52,418 nt of DNA, taken from positions 1 to 52,418 of the forward strand of contig JAFGXH010000178.1 of the NCBI GenBank assembly GCA_016936735.1. Reading direction: 5' to 3'. The number at the start of each line of letters is the position of its first letter. The stretch's first letter is position 1. The DNA is from a bacterium (GTDB lineage Bacteria > UBP6 > JAFGXH01). The notes below the pieces were generated by a model. That model saw only the letters and a program-made list of their open reading frames with translations. It ran no database searches and was not told where the DNA came from. Below, piece after piece: positions 29,495-38,597 of the stretch. Made by a program: the position numbers and the translations under genes.

Positions 29495-31085
29495 TTCACT
29501 TTTATCTATTTTAAAAAAAATAGATAAAAAACTAAATTTTCTGTTTTTTTCAAGAAAAATAGATTTTTTTAGAGTTTTTTCATATATTTCATTATCTACA
29601 ATTATGATAAGCTCCTGTAGTTTAACTCCAGAAAAAGAGGTTATTAAATTAGATTATGATATAAAAAAAGAGTTTAATAATTCAGAAAATTACAAAAAAA
29701 CTTGGGAAAATCAGGGAGAATGGTGGAGTAAATTTGATGATTCAATACTTAATTCACTTATAAAAAAAGGGGTTGAAAACAATTTAGACTTAAAAAATGC
29801 TATTTTTAATATAAATATATTAAAGGCTCAATTTACAATATCTGAAGCAAAAAAATATCCAACAGTAACATCTTCAGCCTCTGGAACAATTTCAAGATCT
29901 CCTCAAATTGCAACATCAGTTGGACCAAATGGAGTTACAACCTCTTATGAACCAACAGTAAAAGATGTTTACTCTCTTCAGGTTGGTTCAACATTTGAAT
30001 TGGATATTTTTGATAAATATGGTGCACTTGAAAGAGCAGCCCTTTATAATCTTGAATCATCGGAACAGGATTTTAAACAGGCTCAACTATCATTAATTTC
30101 AAATATTATTACCTCATATTTTGAAGTATACTCAACAGAATTAAATATTAATCTTACAAATCAGATTATCAATATTTTTGAAGAGGAGCTAAGCCTTGAA
30201 AATAGAAAATATGAGCTTGGAATAGGAACAGTATTTAACATTGAAAGTTTAAAACAGAATATAGAGAACTATAAATCTAATATTCAACAACTTGAGCAAC
30301 AGAAAAAACTTAGAAAATATGCTCTTAAAGTTTTAATTGGAGAGTATCCAGAGGATTTTATATTTAGTTTTGAAAAATTTCAAAAAAAATCTGTAAAAAT
30401 AGATTCTGATAATTCAGATAAAAATCTACCCTCAAAAAATAATGAAAATATAGATGAAAATATAGATTCCAACTATCTCTCTCTTGAAAATAAAATATTA
30501 AAACTTGAGGATGTTTCAATAGGAGTTCCTTCAGAACTTTTAAAAAATAGATATGATATTAAATCTGCTGAGAAAAAAATGGATGCTGCAAGAGAACAGA
30601 TTGGCTACTCAAAAGCAGACCAATATCCATCAATATCACTTAATGCTGTTGTTGGTTTTCTTAATATTACAGATGTTGCAAACTTTTTTAATACTGATTA
30701 CTTAACTCTCTCTGGTGGTGCAAATATTAATTACTCAATATTCTCTGCAGGAACAAAAGAGGCTGCATTAAAACAGAATGTTGAGAGATATAAACAGAGT
30801 ATTGTTAATTATAAGAAAATAGTTTTAAATGCTTTTTTAGAGGTAGAAACTGCACTTGTAAAAATAGATCTATTAAAAAAGCAGAGAGAACATATAAAAA
30901 CATCTTTAAAACATGCTCAAAACTCCTATAATGAGGCAGAAAAAAGATATGTTGGTGGAATTGGAGAGTATAAAACAGTTATAGACCTTAAAAAATCTAT
31001 ATTCTCTATAAAATCAACTATTATCACAATTGATAAATCAATACTTTTAGCATATTTAGAGCTTTATAAAGCATTGAATATATAA
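29478..31085 (+). CDS. outer-membrane efflux factor lipoprotein (TolC/NodT family)
   Basis: Lipobox-like IMISSC at the end of a hydrophobic segment. Duplicated coiled-coil/beta-barrel repeat pattern. Overlaps the RND gene by 17 nt. Confidence 0.75.
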   Translation: MKYSANSLLSILKKIDKKLNFLFFSRKIDFFRVFSYISLSTIMISSCSLTPEKEVIKLDYDIKKEFNNSENYKKTWENQGEWWSKFDDSILNSLIKKGVENNLDLKNAIFNINILKAQFTISEAKKYPTVTSSASGTISRSPQIATSVGPNGVTTSYEPTVKDVYSLQVGSTFELDIFDKYGALERAALYNLESSEQDFKQAQLSLISNIITSYFEVYSTELNINLTNQIINIFEEELSLENRKYELGIGTVFNIESLKQNIENYKSNIQQLEQQKKLRKYALKVLIGEYPEDFIFSFEKFQKKSVKIDSDNSDKNLPSKNNENIDENIDSNYLSLENKILKLEDVSIGVPSELLKNRYDIKSAEKKMDAAREQIGYSKADQYPSISLNAVVGFLNITDVANFFNTDYLTLSGGANINYSIFSAGTKEAALKQNVERYKQSIVNYKKIVLNAFLEVETALVKIDLLKKQREHIKTSLKHAQNSYNEAEKRYVGGIGEYKTVIDLKKSIFSIKSTIITIDKSILLAYLELYKALNI

Positions 31086-31201
31086 ATAACATTATCTATT
31101 CCCTTATCTCAATATATAGAATAAAAAAAACTTATTTTTTACCTATTGATTATTAGTTTTTTGTGATTATATTAAATAAGTACTATTTTTATGGAGAGAT
31201 T

Positions 31202-31618
31202 ATGGGCCTACTTCAATCAATTTTTGGAAAAAAAGAGGGAAATCAAGATGGTAAAATAGAAGAGAAAAAAACTGAAACAGTTATGGAAAAAGTAAAACCA
31301 ACAAATCTAACAGATCTAAATATGGAACAAACAATAAAAGATAGCTCCATTCCTGTTTTAGTTGATTGTTGGGCTCCTTGGTGTGTTCCTTGTCAAAGAG
31401 TTGCCCCAATTATTGATGCATTAGCAGAAGAGTATAAAGGAAGAGTATTAATATCAAAACTAAACACAGAACAAAACAGAAAAATGTCTGCAAAATATCA
31501 AATAAGATCTATTCCAAGCCTTCTATTTTTTAAAGATGGAAAATTGATTCATATTATGGTTGGTGCAGCCTCTAAAAGAGATTTACAACGAGAGATTGAT
31601 GCAATTTTATTAAAATAG
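31202..31618 (+). CDS. thioredoxin (WCVPC active site) with short N-terminal extension
   Basis: VLVDCWAPWCVPCQ...IRSIPSLLFFKDGK thioredoxin fold. GGAGAG RBS supports the ATG at 31202. An internal ATG at 31283 would give a canonical-length protein. Confidence 0.75.
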   Translation: MGLLQSIFGKKEGNQDGKIEEKKTETVMEKVKPTNLTDLNMEQTIKDSSIPVLVDCWAPWCVPCQRVAPIIDALAEEYKGRVLISKLNTEQNRKMSAKYQIRSIPSLLFFKDGKLIHIMVGAASKRDLQREIDAILLK

Positions 31619-31620
31619 AA

Positions 31621-33378
31621 TCAATCATCATCATTACTTTCAATTAAATCAATTTTAATACCAACTCTATCAGGCATTTTTACTAATCCAAAAGCTGTTC
31701 CTTTTATAATGACTTCAGAACCCTCTTTTTTAGCCTGTTTTAAAAGATCTAAAGCCTCTGTTCCACGTTTAACATATAGATAAATCTCTTTTGAGCCATC
31801 ATAATAACACTCCCATCCATCATCTCTTTTTGCATTAGCTCCCTCTGGAAGATAGTAAGAACTCATCTGTTGATCTCCAATTTTTAAAACAACCTGAAGG
31901 TCAAATCCTTTATCTCCTGTTGCAGCAATTGGTTGAACCATCTTTTTCCCTCTCTTAATATCATCAAGAGATATCTCTTTATACTCTTTTTCAACAACAA
32001 CAGTTGCTTTGCTTGAATATGATTGAAAAGAGCCTCCAATTCCATTTACTTGAGCCCCTTTTCCCTCAATATCTGTAAATAAAAGAATATTTTTCCAATC
32101 TTTTCCTGGATCCCAAATAGGAGCATAATTAACTTTACCAGTTCCTTTAGATCCTTGAAGATTCATTCCATGAGCTTGACGCCATTGATTCATCATATCC
32201 ATAGTAACTTTTCCACCACCTGTACTTGCAATCTGATTAAAAAATTTATCGAGAAAAAATTGGTCTGTTGCTTTAAATTTTGGATCTTGTGCTATATTTC
32301 CTTTGCTCTGTTTTGAACAGCTATATTTCTTTTTACATTTATCTCCATCAAGCTCTTTAGGATCATCCAAAATTAAGGTAGAATTTGGTCTATCCATATA
32401 ACGATATAACCCAGCTGTATGTCCATAAAAAACATTACCAATATATCTTCCAAAACGACTTTCATCAAAGCCATTATTAATTGCAAATCCTGCAAAAACC
32501 ATTACATTATCTTTAACTGTAAGTTGAGTTTGACGTCCTTGAAGAATATTATAATCCTCTCCAGAACCCTCCCAGTTAAATGCTAAAGTATTATTTTTTA
32601 TAATTGCACATCCCCCATCAGGAGCATTTTTTGCATCTCTATTTCCAACACGAAAATCTATATTCTGTAAACGAGTATTTAGAATGATATTATTACTAAT
32701 TTCACCCCAATCATCTCCAGACTCTTTAGTATCTTTTGAGTCCAATTTAGTTCCAAGAGCATTCATAAAAACACCTGGACCTGCACAATTTAAAATCACA
32801 TTATTTCTAATTTTAACACCTTTACTATTAAATTGAAGGCATTGTGTTCCTAATGGTCCCTTTGCAAGACTTAAATCATCATTATTTTTATAGGTATTTC
32901 GTGTATAGCCATCAACAACAAAACCATCTAAAACAAAATTAGAGTGGTCTTTTTCTCCAACAACAATACCCTTTGCATTATATGATGCTTTTGTTACTGG
33001 AACTTTTTGTCTTTCAAGAATCTCTTTGCAACGAGGAGAGTCTAAACAGTCTTTAGGATCTTCAGAGGCTCCTCTCATAAGTCTTGTAACATTTTTAAAT
33101 GGATCCCTTTTTGAAAAATCATCATTATAACCACCTACAAGAGTTATATCTGGTTTTCCAATAACAAAAAGTCCACTACCTCCAGGACCAAAATAGTCCC
33201 CTTTTGCGACATGAATAACATCTCCAGAAAAAGCAGATCTTAATGCATCATCAACAGTTCCATAAGGGGTAGTTTTTGATGAACCATCACCCGATGAACC
33301 AGCCTTTACATAGATATCTTTGGCAAAAAGAGAAGCCATTGCAAAAAGAAAAAGAATAAGATAGATGATAGATTTCAT
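31621..33378 (-). CDS. secreted right-handed parallel beta-helix repeat protein
   Basis: Signal peptide MKSIIYLILFLFAMASLFA-KD. N-terminal GDGSSKTTPYGTVDDAL...GDVIHVAKGDY is typical of pectate-lyase-fold proteins. Repetitive N/G-rich turns. Confidence 0.55.
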   Translation of the reverse strand: MKSIIYLILFLFAMASLFAKDIYVKAGSSGDGSSKTTPYGTVDDALRSAFSGDVIHVAKGDYFGPGGSGLFVIGKPDITLVGGYNDDFSKRDPFKNVTRLMRGASEDPKDCLDSPRCKEILERQKVPVTKASYNAKGIVVGEKDHSNFVLDGFVVDGYTRNTYKNNDDLSLAKGPLGTQCLQFNSKGVKIRNNVILNCAGPGVFMNALGTKLDSKDTKESGDDWGEISNNIILNTRLQNIDFRVGNRDAKNAPDGGCAIIKNNTLAFNWEGSGEDYNILQGRQTQLTVKDNVMVFAGFAINNGFDESRFGRYIGNVFYGHTAGLYRYMDRPNSTLILDDPKELDGDKCKKKYSCSKQSKGNIAQDPKFKATDQFFLDKFFNQIASTGGGKVTMDMMNQWRQAHGMNLQGSKGTGKVNYAPIWDPGKDWKNILLFTDIEGKGAQVNGIGGSFQSYSSKATVVVEKEYKEISLDDIKRGKKMVQPIAATGDKGFDLQVVLKIGDQQMSSYYLPEGANAKRDDGWECYYDGSKEIYLYVKRGTEALDLLKQAKKEGSEVIIKGTAFGLVKMPDRVGIKIDLIESNDDD

Positions 33379-33654
33379 AAAACCTCCTAATATAAACAGG
33401 TTGTTAAAAACAAAAACCCTACAAAATATTTTTTATTTACTCATATAAGCAAGTAAAATAAAAATACAAAATTAATAATATTTTTTGTAAAAAATAGTTA
33501 TTAAAATCAGATATAGAGATTTTAATGCTTTATATTATAATATTGTAAATCTTTTATTTCTTAAAATCAAATAATTAAAAACTTTTGATAAAAAATCTCT
33601 TTATTTTTTCTGAAAAAAAGATTATTTAATGGTATTAGCTTAGGAGGTCTAAAA

Positions 33655-34857
33655 ATGGGTGATTGGAGAGAGATAAAACCAGCAAAAAGAACAGAAAAAA
33701 TCAAATATGCAATTAGAGATATTGTTGTTTTAGCAAAAGAGGTTGAAAAAACAGGAAAAGAGATGCTTTATCTTAATATTGGAGACCCAAATATTTACGA
33801 TTTTGAAACTCCAAAATTTTTAATTGATAGAACAATTGAGGCAATGAATAATAATAGAAATGGATATGCTCCATCAAGTGGTATTCAAGAGGCTGTTGAT
33901 GCAATTAGAACAGAGTCTATTTTAAAAGGGTTTAAATCTGTTCATGATATATTTGTAACAACTGGTGCAAGTGAAGCAATTGATATTGCTTTAACAGCTT
34001 TATTAGATCCTGGAGATCAATTTTTACTTCCAGCTCCAACATACCCATTATATAATACAATTATTAATAAACTCAATGCAGAAACAAAATACTACTACCT
34101 TGATGAAAACAATAATTGGGAACCAGATTTAGATGATATTGAATCTAAAATAACTGAAAAAACAAAAGGGATTCTTATAATAAATCCAAATAATCCAACA
34201 GGAACAAACTACTCTGAAAAATCATTAAAAGGTGTTTTAGATATAGCAAAAAAACATAATCTGCTTATTTTTTCTGATGAGATTTATGAAAAGCTACTTT
34301 TTGATAATGGAAAACATATATCTCTTGCAACACTTGATGGAGAGGCTCCAATTATAACATTTAATGGCTTATCAAAATCTCATATGGTTCCAGGATTTAG
34401 AATTGGATGGGGAATTGTTACTGGTGCTAAAGAGGTTGTTTGTGGATATAATGAGGCAATGCAAAAACTTGTTCGTGCACGTTTAAGTGCAAATCATCCT
34501 GAACAGTATGCAATAAAACCAGCACTATTAGATCAAAATCAACCACATTTTGCAGAGATGTTAGAAAAATTAACAGTAAGAAGAGATATAACATTTAAAA
34601 GATTAAATGAGATAAAAGGGGTCTCTCTTGTAAAACCACAAGGGGCATTTTATGCTTTTGCTAAACTAGATTTAGATGTTGATGATACCACATTCTGTAA
34701 TAATCTTTTAAAAGAGACAGGTGTTGTTGTTGTTCCTGGAAGTGGTTTTGGTCAAGTTCCTGGAACAAATCATTTTAGAGTTGTTTTTCTTCCAAATGAG
34801 GAGATTCTTCTAAAAGCATATGATCAAATAGAGTCTTTTATCAAAAAACACTATTAA
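33655..34857 (+). CDS. class I/II PLP-dependent aminotransferase (Ala/Asp aminotransferase-like)
   Basis: INPNNPTG, the PLP lysine in FNGLSKSHMVPGFRIGW, and C-terminal FRVVFLP. Confidence 0.85.
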   Translation: MGDWREIKPAKRTEKIKYAIRDIVVLAKEVEKTGKEMLYLNIGDPNIYDFETPKFLIDRTIEAMNNNRNGYAPSSGIQEAVDAIRTESILKGFKSVHDIFVTTGASEAIDIALTALLDPGDQFLLPAPTYPLYNTIINKLNAETKYYYLDENNNWEPDLDDIESKITEKTKGILIINPNNPTGTNYSEKSLKGVLDIAKKHNLLIFSDEIYEKLLFDNGKHISLATLDGEAPIITFNGLSKSHMVPGFRIGWGIVTGAKEVVCGYNEAMQKLVRARLSANHPEQYAIKPALLDQNQPHFAEMLEKLTVRRDITFKRLNEIKGVSLVKPQGAFYAFAKLDLDVDDTTFCNNLLKETGVVVVPGSGFGQVPGTNHFRVVFLPNEEILLKAYDQIESFIKKHY

Positions 34858-34864
34858 TTATAGA

Positions 34865-35821
34865 CTATAAAACTCTATTTTGAACAATTCTGTAAGCCTC
34901 GAGAATAGCTTTTTTCATGCTATTTTCAGAGGCATTAAATGTTGTTGCAATATCATAAGCGGTACCATGATCTGGGGATGTTCTAATAATTGGTGTTCCC
35001 AGAGTTATATTTACCCCATCATCAAAATGTAACATTTTTAAAGGGATTAATCCCTGATCATGATAAGCAGCAATAACTACATCATAGTTACTATATTTTT
35101 TATAAAAAAATGTATCTGATGGAAATGGTCCATCAATATTAATCCCAATGTTTTTTAAATACTCTATTGCAGGTAAAAAATTATCGATTTCATCTCTACC
35201 TAAAACCCCCATCTCTCCACTATGAGGATTTAATCCTAAAATAGCTATTTTAGGATTTTTTATTCCAAACCAATTTTTTAAAGAGCTGTTTACAATTGAT
35301 GTTATCTCTATTATTAAATCGGATGTTATATTTTCACTAACTTTTGATAATGGAAGATGAGTTGTTAATAGTGCAACTTTTAATTTATCACCATAAAGCA
35401 TCATTACACTTGAGGGACTATTTGTTAATTTTTGCAACATTCCTGTATGACCAGGATAATTAAATCCCCCTTTTATTAAAAACTCTTTTGATAATGGTGC
35501 TGTAACAATAGCATCAATATCACCTTTTAAAGAGTCATCTATTGCTGCTTTAAAATAGACACCAGCAGCCTCTCCAATTTCAGAAGATGGATTTCCCAAA
35601 ATATCAAGAGAGAAATCTATATTAAAATCATCTTTAAATTGAATTTTATTAAAATCTATATTAGGAAGAGATCCCTTATTTTTTTCATATAGCTGCCTAA
35701 AAAAACATCTATTACCATATATAATAAAAGGAATATTTTGTAAATCAATACTATTTATCGCCTTTAAAATTACTATACCACTTATTCCAGCTAAATCCCC
35801 TACCGTAATTGCTATTCTCAT
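34865..35821 (-). CDS. pdxA: 4-hydroxythreonine-4-phosphate dehydrogenase
   Basis: MRIAITVGDLAGISG, GYNYPGHTGML, LNPHSGE, AYHDQGLIPLK, and TSPDHGTAYDIA. I prefer the ATG at 35821 over 35857. Confidence 0.85.
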   Translation of the reverse strand: MRIAITVGDLAGISGIVILKAINSIDLQNIPFIIYGNRCFFRQLYEKNKGSLPNIDFNKIQFKDDFNIDFSLDILGNPSSEIGEAAGVYFKAAIDDSLKGDIDAIVTAPLSKEFLIKGGFNYPGHTGMLQKLTNSPSSVMMLYGDKLKVALLTTHLPLSKVSENITSDLIIEITSIVNSSLKNWFGIKNPKIAILGLNPHSGEMGVLGRDEIDNFLPAIEYLKNIGINIDGPFPSDTFFYKKYSNYDVVIAAYHDQGLIPLKMLHFDDGVNITLGTPIIRTSPDHGTAYDIATTFNASENSMKKAILEAYRIVQNRVL

Positions 35822-36797
35822 TTTTATACTCCAAATAGGCTTTTCTTTTAAGCTCATCTAGCCAAATCATAAAAACAGAGTGCCATTTTTTATATGCTAA
35901 AATCTGATAAATCTCCTCTTTTAAACTATCAAAAGAGTTTGATTCAACATATTTTAATCCAAGTAGCTTAAAAATATGATATCCATTATATGTTTTCATT
36001 GGTGGAGTTGTCATTCCCTCTTTTAATTTAAAAATCTCCTCCTCTAATGAGGTCTCAAGAGAGTCTTGAGTCATCCAATCTAACTCACCACCATCATTTT
36101 TAAATGGACCATCAGAGTAAATTTTTACTAACTCTTCAAAATTTTTTCCACTCTCTACCCCCTCTTTAATCTCTTTTATTTTCTGAAGATTTGCCTCTTT
36201 TTCTTCAACTGTTGCACTCTCTAACTCTTTGATATAAAGATATGCAACTTTAAAAGTTTTTTTATTAGAGTAGTTCATTTTATAGTAATTCTCCATTTCA
36301 AAATCTGAAATAGAGATTTTAGGAAATACCTTATTCTGTTTCATTCTTTCAAAAAGACTTCTTTTTTTCAAAGACTCTTTAAATTTATCAATAGAGATTC
36401 CTCTTGATAAAAGAGTTGTTCTAAATTCAACTTCAGTTGTTTTATTTCTCTCAATAATTGATTGAAAAAGCTGTTCTGTTTCAAAATCGGTAACATCAAC
36501 TCCATCTTTTTGTGCCTCTTGAAGAATAAGTCTCTCTGCAACAAGAGTCTCCAACATAAATACTTCATTAAAAAGATCTTTTTGAACCTCACCATTTGAT
36601 AAAAGTTCGCCTAAAATCATTGAAAATGGTTCAAATCCAGTTAATTGAGATGGATTTTCTAATGATTTTAACTCTTTTATAATATCTTGATGAGTTATTA
36701 TCTCATTATTTACAACAACCTCTATTCTATCAATCATATCTCCAAATAGTGTAATTGATACTAATAAAATTAGAGTTATAATAATATTTTTTAACAT
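35751..36797 (-). CDS. SurA-like periplasmic chaperone / parvulin PPIase
   Basis: Signal peptide, then SurA N-domain pattern DRIEVVVNNEIITHQDI. One parvulin domain (GGELDWMTQD...YNGYHIFKL). Sits immediately upstream of pdxA, as in the surA-pdxA synteny. Confidence 0.7.
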   Translation of the reverse strand: MLKNIIITLILLVSITLFGDMIDRIEVVVNNEIITHQDIIKELKSLENPSQLTGFEPFSMILGELLSNGEVQKDLFNEVFMLETLVAERLILQEAQKDGVDVTDFETEQLFQSIIERNKTTEVEFRTTLLSRGISIDKFKESLKKRSLFERMKQNKVFPKISISDFEMENYYKMNYSNKKTFKVAYLYIKELESATVEEKEANLQKIKEIKEGVESGKNFEELVKIYSDGPFKNDGGELDWMTQDSLETSLEEEIFKLKEGMTTPPMKTYNGYHIFKLLGLKYVESNSFDSLKEEIYQILAYKKWHSVFMIWLDELKRKAYLEYKNENSNYGRGFSWNKWYSNFKGDK

Positions 36798-36919
36798 TTA
36801 ACCACCTTTTCATAAAAGTTATCACAAAAATTTTTAGAAATAATCTATTCTATAGCTATTAAAATTATAGTGATAAAACAAAACATCCCTAGTAAATTTA
36901 AAAGATATTTTACTATTTT

Positions 36920-37693
36920 TTATTCCCAAAAATTAAAAAAATTTTGAGGTGTTATGACTTCACATTTTTTTTTATGTTCTTCAACCCATTTATCAAAAAT
37001 CTCTTGTTGTTTTTTTTCAATGATTTTTAGATAAATCTCTTTTTTTATCTCATCTTTTGATGGAAGATGGGCTCTCTCTTTTTTATCAAGCCAAAAAAGA
37101 TGATAACCATATTCAGAAACTACAATATCTGAAAAGCTTCCATCTTTAAGTTTAAATGCTGGAGCAAAAAATGTTGGTAAATCATCTTTTGTAGACCAAT
37201 CAATCAACTCCCAATCATTTAAATCAACAACACCTTTCTCTTCACTATCTTTTTTTATTTTTTTTAAAAACTGTTCAGATTTTGAAAAAAGATGATAAAG
37301 CAATATTTTTTCATCTTTGTAGAGATTTATAAAACTGTTTTTATACTCTTTTTCAATCTCTTCATCAGAAACATCAACATTTTTAAAAATAGTATCATTA
37401 AGAAAAATCTCTTTTATTGTAGCTCTTTTAAGAAAAACCTCTATTTCTGAAATAGGTATTTTGTTTATAATAGAGACTTTATGAAGAGATTCTGAATAGT
37501 AATTTTTAGAAAGTATATCTTTTTTTTCAGAGATTTTATCAAAAATTCGCTGTTTCATATCACTATTTTTATTGCTATTTACATATAAGAGTGCATTTTG
37601 ATAGATAATCTCATCATCTATTTGTCTCTCTAAGATATCTGGGTTTGCAATAAAAATTCTGCAAGCAATAATAAATAGTATATATATATTCAT
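36920..37693 (-). CDS. PpiC/parvulin-like periplasmic protein (divergent)
   Basis: N-terminal hydrophobic signal. C-terminal FKLKDGSFSDIVVSEYGYHLFWL resembles a parvulin core. The rest is divergent. Confidence 0.5.
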   Translation of the reverse strand: MNIYILFIIACRIFIANPDILERQIDDEIIYQNALLYVNSNKNSDMKQRIFDKISEKKDILSKNYYSESLHKVSIINKIPISEIEVFLKRATIKEIFLNDTIFKNVDVSDEEIEKEYKNSFINLYKDEKILLYHLFSKSEQFLKKIKKDSEEKGVVDLNDWELIDWSTKDDLPTFFAPAFKLKDGSFSDIVVSEYGYHLFWLDKKERAHLPSKDEIKKEIYLKIIEKKQQEIFDKWVEEHKKKCEVITPQNFFNFWE

Positions 37694-37700
37694 TCTACCT

Positions 37701-37725
37701 AAAAAAAAAGCACTCCGAAGAGTGC
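37701..37725 (-). terminator. rho-independent terminator after tRNA-Ser
   Basis: On the minus strand, GCACTC-TTCG-GAGTGC is followed by T9. Confidence 0.8.
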
Positions 37726-37730
37726 CTAAG

Positions 37731-37816
37731 TGGCGGAGAAGGCGGGATTCGAACCCGCGGTGCTCTCACACACACGCTTTCCAAGCGTGCACCATAGACC
37801 ACTCGGACACCTCTCC
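37731..37816 (-). tRNA. tRNA-Ser (anticodon GGA)
   Basis: The reverse complement reads GGAGAGG..CACGC-TTGGAAA-GCGTG-(long variable arm)-GCGGG-TTCGAAT-CCCGC-CTTCTCC-G-CCA. The anticodon loop gives GGA. The long variable arm fits Ser. CCA is encoded. Confidence 0.9.
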
Positions 37817-37826
37817 AAACAGAGAC

Positions 37827-37855
37827 ATACTACATAAAAACAGTTATCTTGTCAA
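37827..37855 (-). promoter_or_regulatory. sigma70 promoter of tRNA-Ser
   Basis: On the minus strand: TTGACA, 17-nt spacer, TAGTAT. It ends 10 nt before the mature tRNA 5' end. Confidence 0.6.
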
Positions 37856-37924
37856 TAGAAAATTGGATTAAATAGTCAAAATATCAACTGATTTATATTT
37901 AATTAAACTAAAAAATAGAGTATT

Positions 37925-38539
37925 TCAAAGATTCATCTCATATATATTTTGAGGAGAGTATGCTGTATATCTATAGGCATTTACATAGTTACGAAATGCC
38001 TGTCTTAAAAAAAGCTCTTTCTGCTTCTCATCCTCCTGTTTGATGATTTTTATTCGTTTCTCAAGATATTTAAAAGACTCTCGAAAATGGGTTAATGCAC
38101 CATCAGATAAAAAATATGAGTTATCTCTAAAATATATAAATGTTTGGATTAAATCACCTTTTCTAAAACCAGATGAATCTAAAAGTTGAACTAAGTAGCT
38201 TTTTTTAGGGTCAAAAAGATCCTCTATAAAAATATTCTCTTCAGATATTTTCTTTATTTTAAAAATAGAGAACATTCTATTCTTAAAAACAGAATAGGCA
38301 GATTCTGATATCTCTCTATTTTTAAAAATCTCATCTAATATTGTTCCACCATTAGTTAGTGGGATTGTTAAAATATACTCAAAATAGTAGAGATAAAGAA
38401 TTTTGTGCATTGGATCAATCTCTGTTATTGTTATATGAGTTTGATAAAATGTCTCTTGTAGTTGAAGAATTATTTTTGTATATTTCTCTTGTGAAAGAGC
38501 ATCCTCAATTTGATGAAGATCACTATGATAATTATCCAT
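37925..38539 (-). CDS. hypothetical protein
   Basis: 204-aa ORF 58 nt downstream of the RSH gene on the same strand. I recognise no motif. Confidence 0.4.
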   Translation of the reverse strand: MDNYHSDLHQIEDALSQEKYTKIILQLQETFYQTHITITEIDPMHKILYLYYFEYILTIPLTNGGTILDEIFKNREISESAYSVFKNRMFSIFKIKKISEENIFIEDLFDPKKSYLVQLLDSSGFRKGDLIQTFIYFRDNSYFLSDGALTHFRESFKYLEKRIKIIKQEDEKQKELFLRQAFRNYVNAYRYTAYSPQNIYEMNL

Positions 38540-38597
38540 AAAACTCTTCTCTAATAATTAAAATAAATACCCATAAATAAAATGGGATGCGATTATA

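Noticed and set aside
37694-37924. tRNA-Ser (and tRNA-Asn at the window end) as integration sites of a genomic island
   Set aside because: No integrase, direct repeat of the tRNA 3' end, or compositional break is visible next to either tRNA. The flanking genes are housekeeping.
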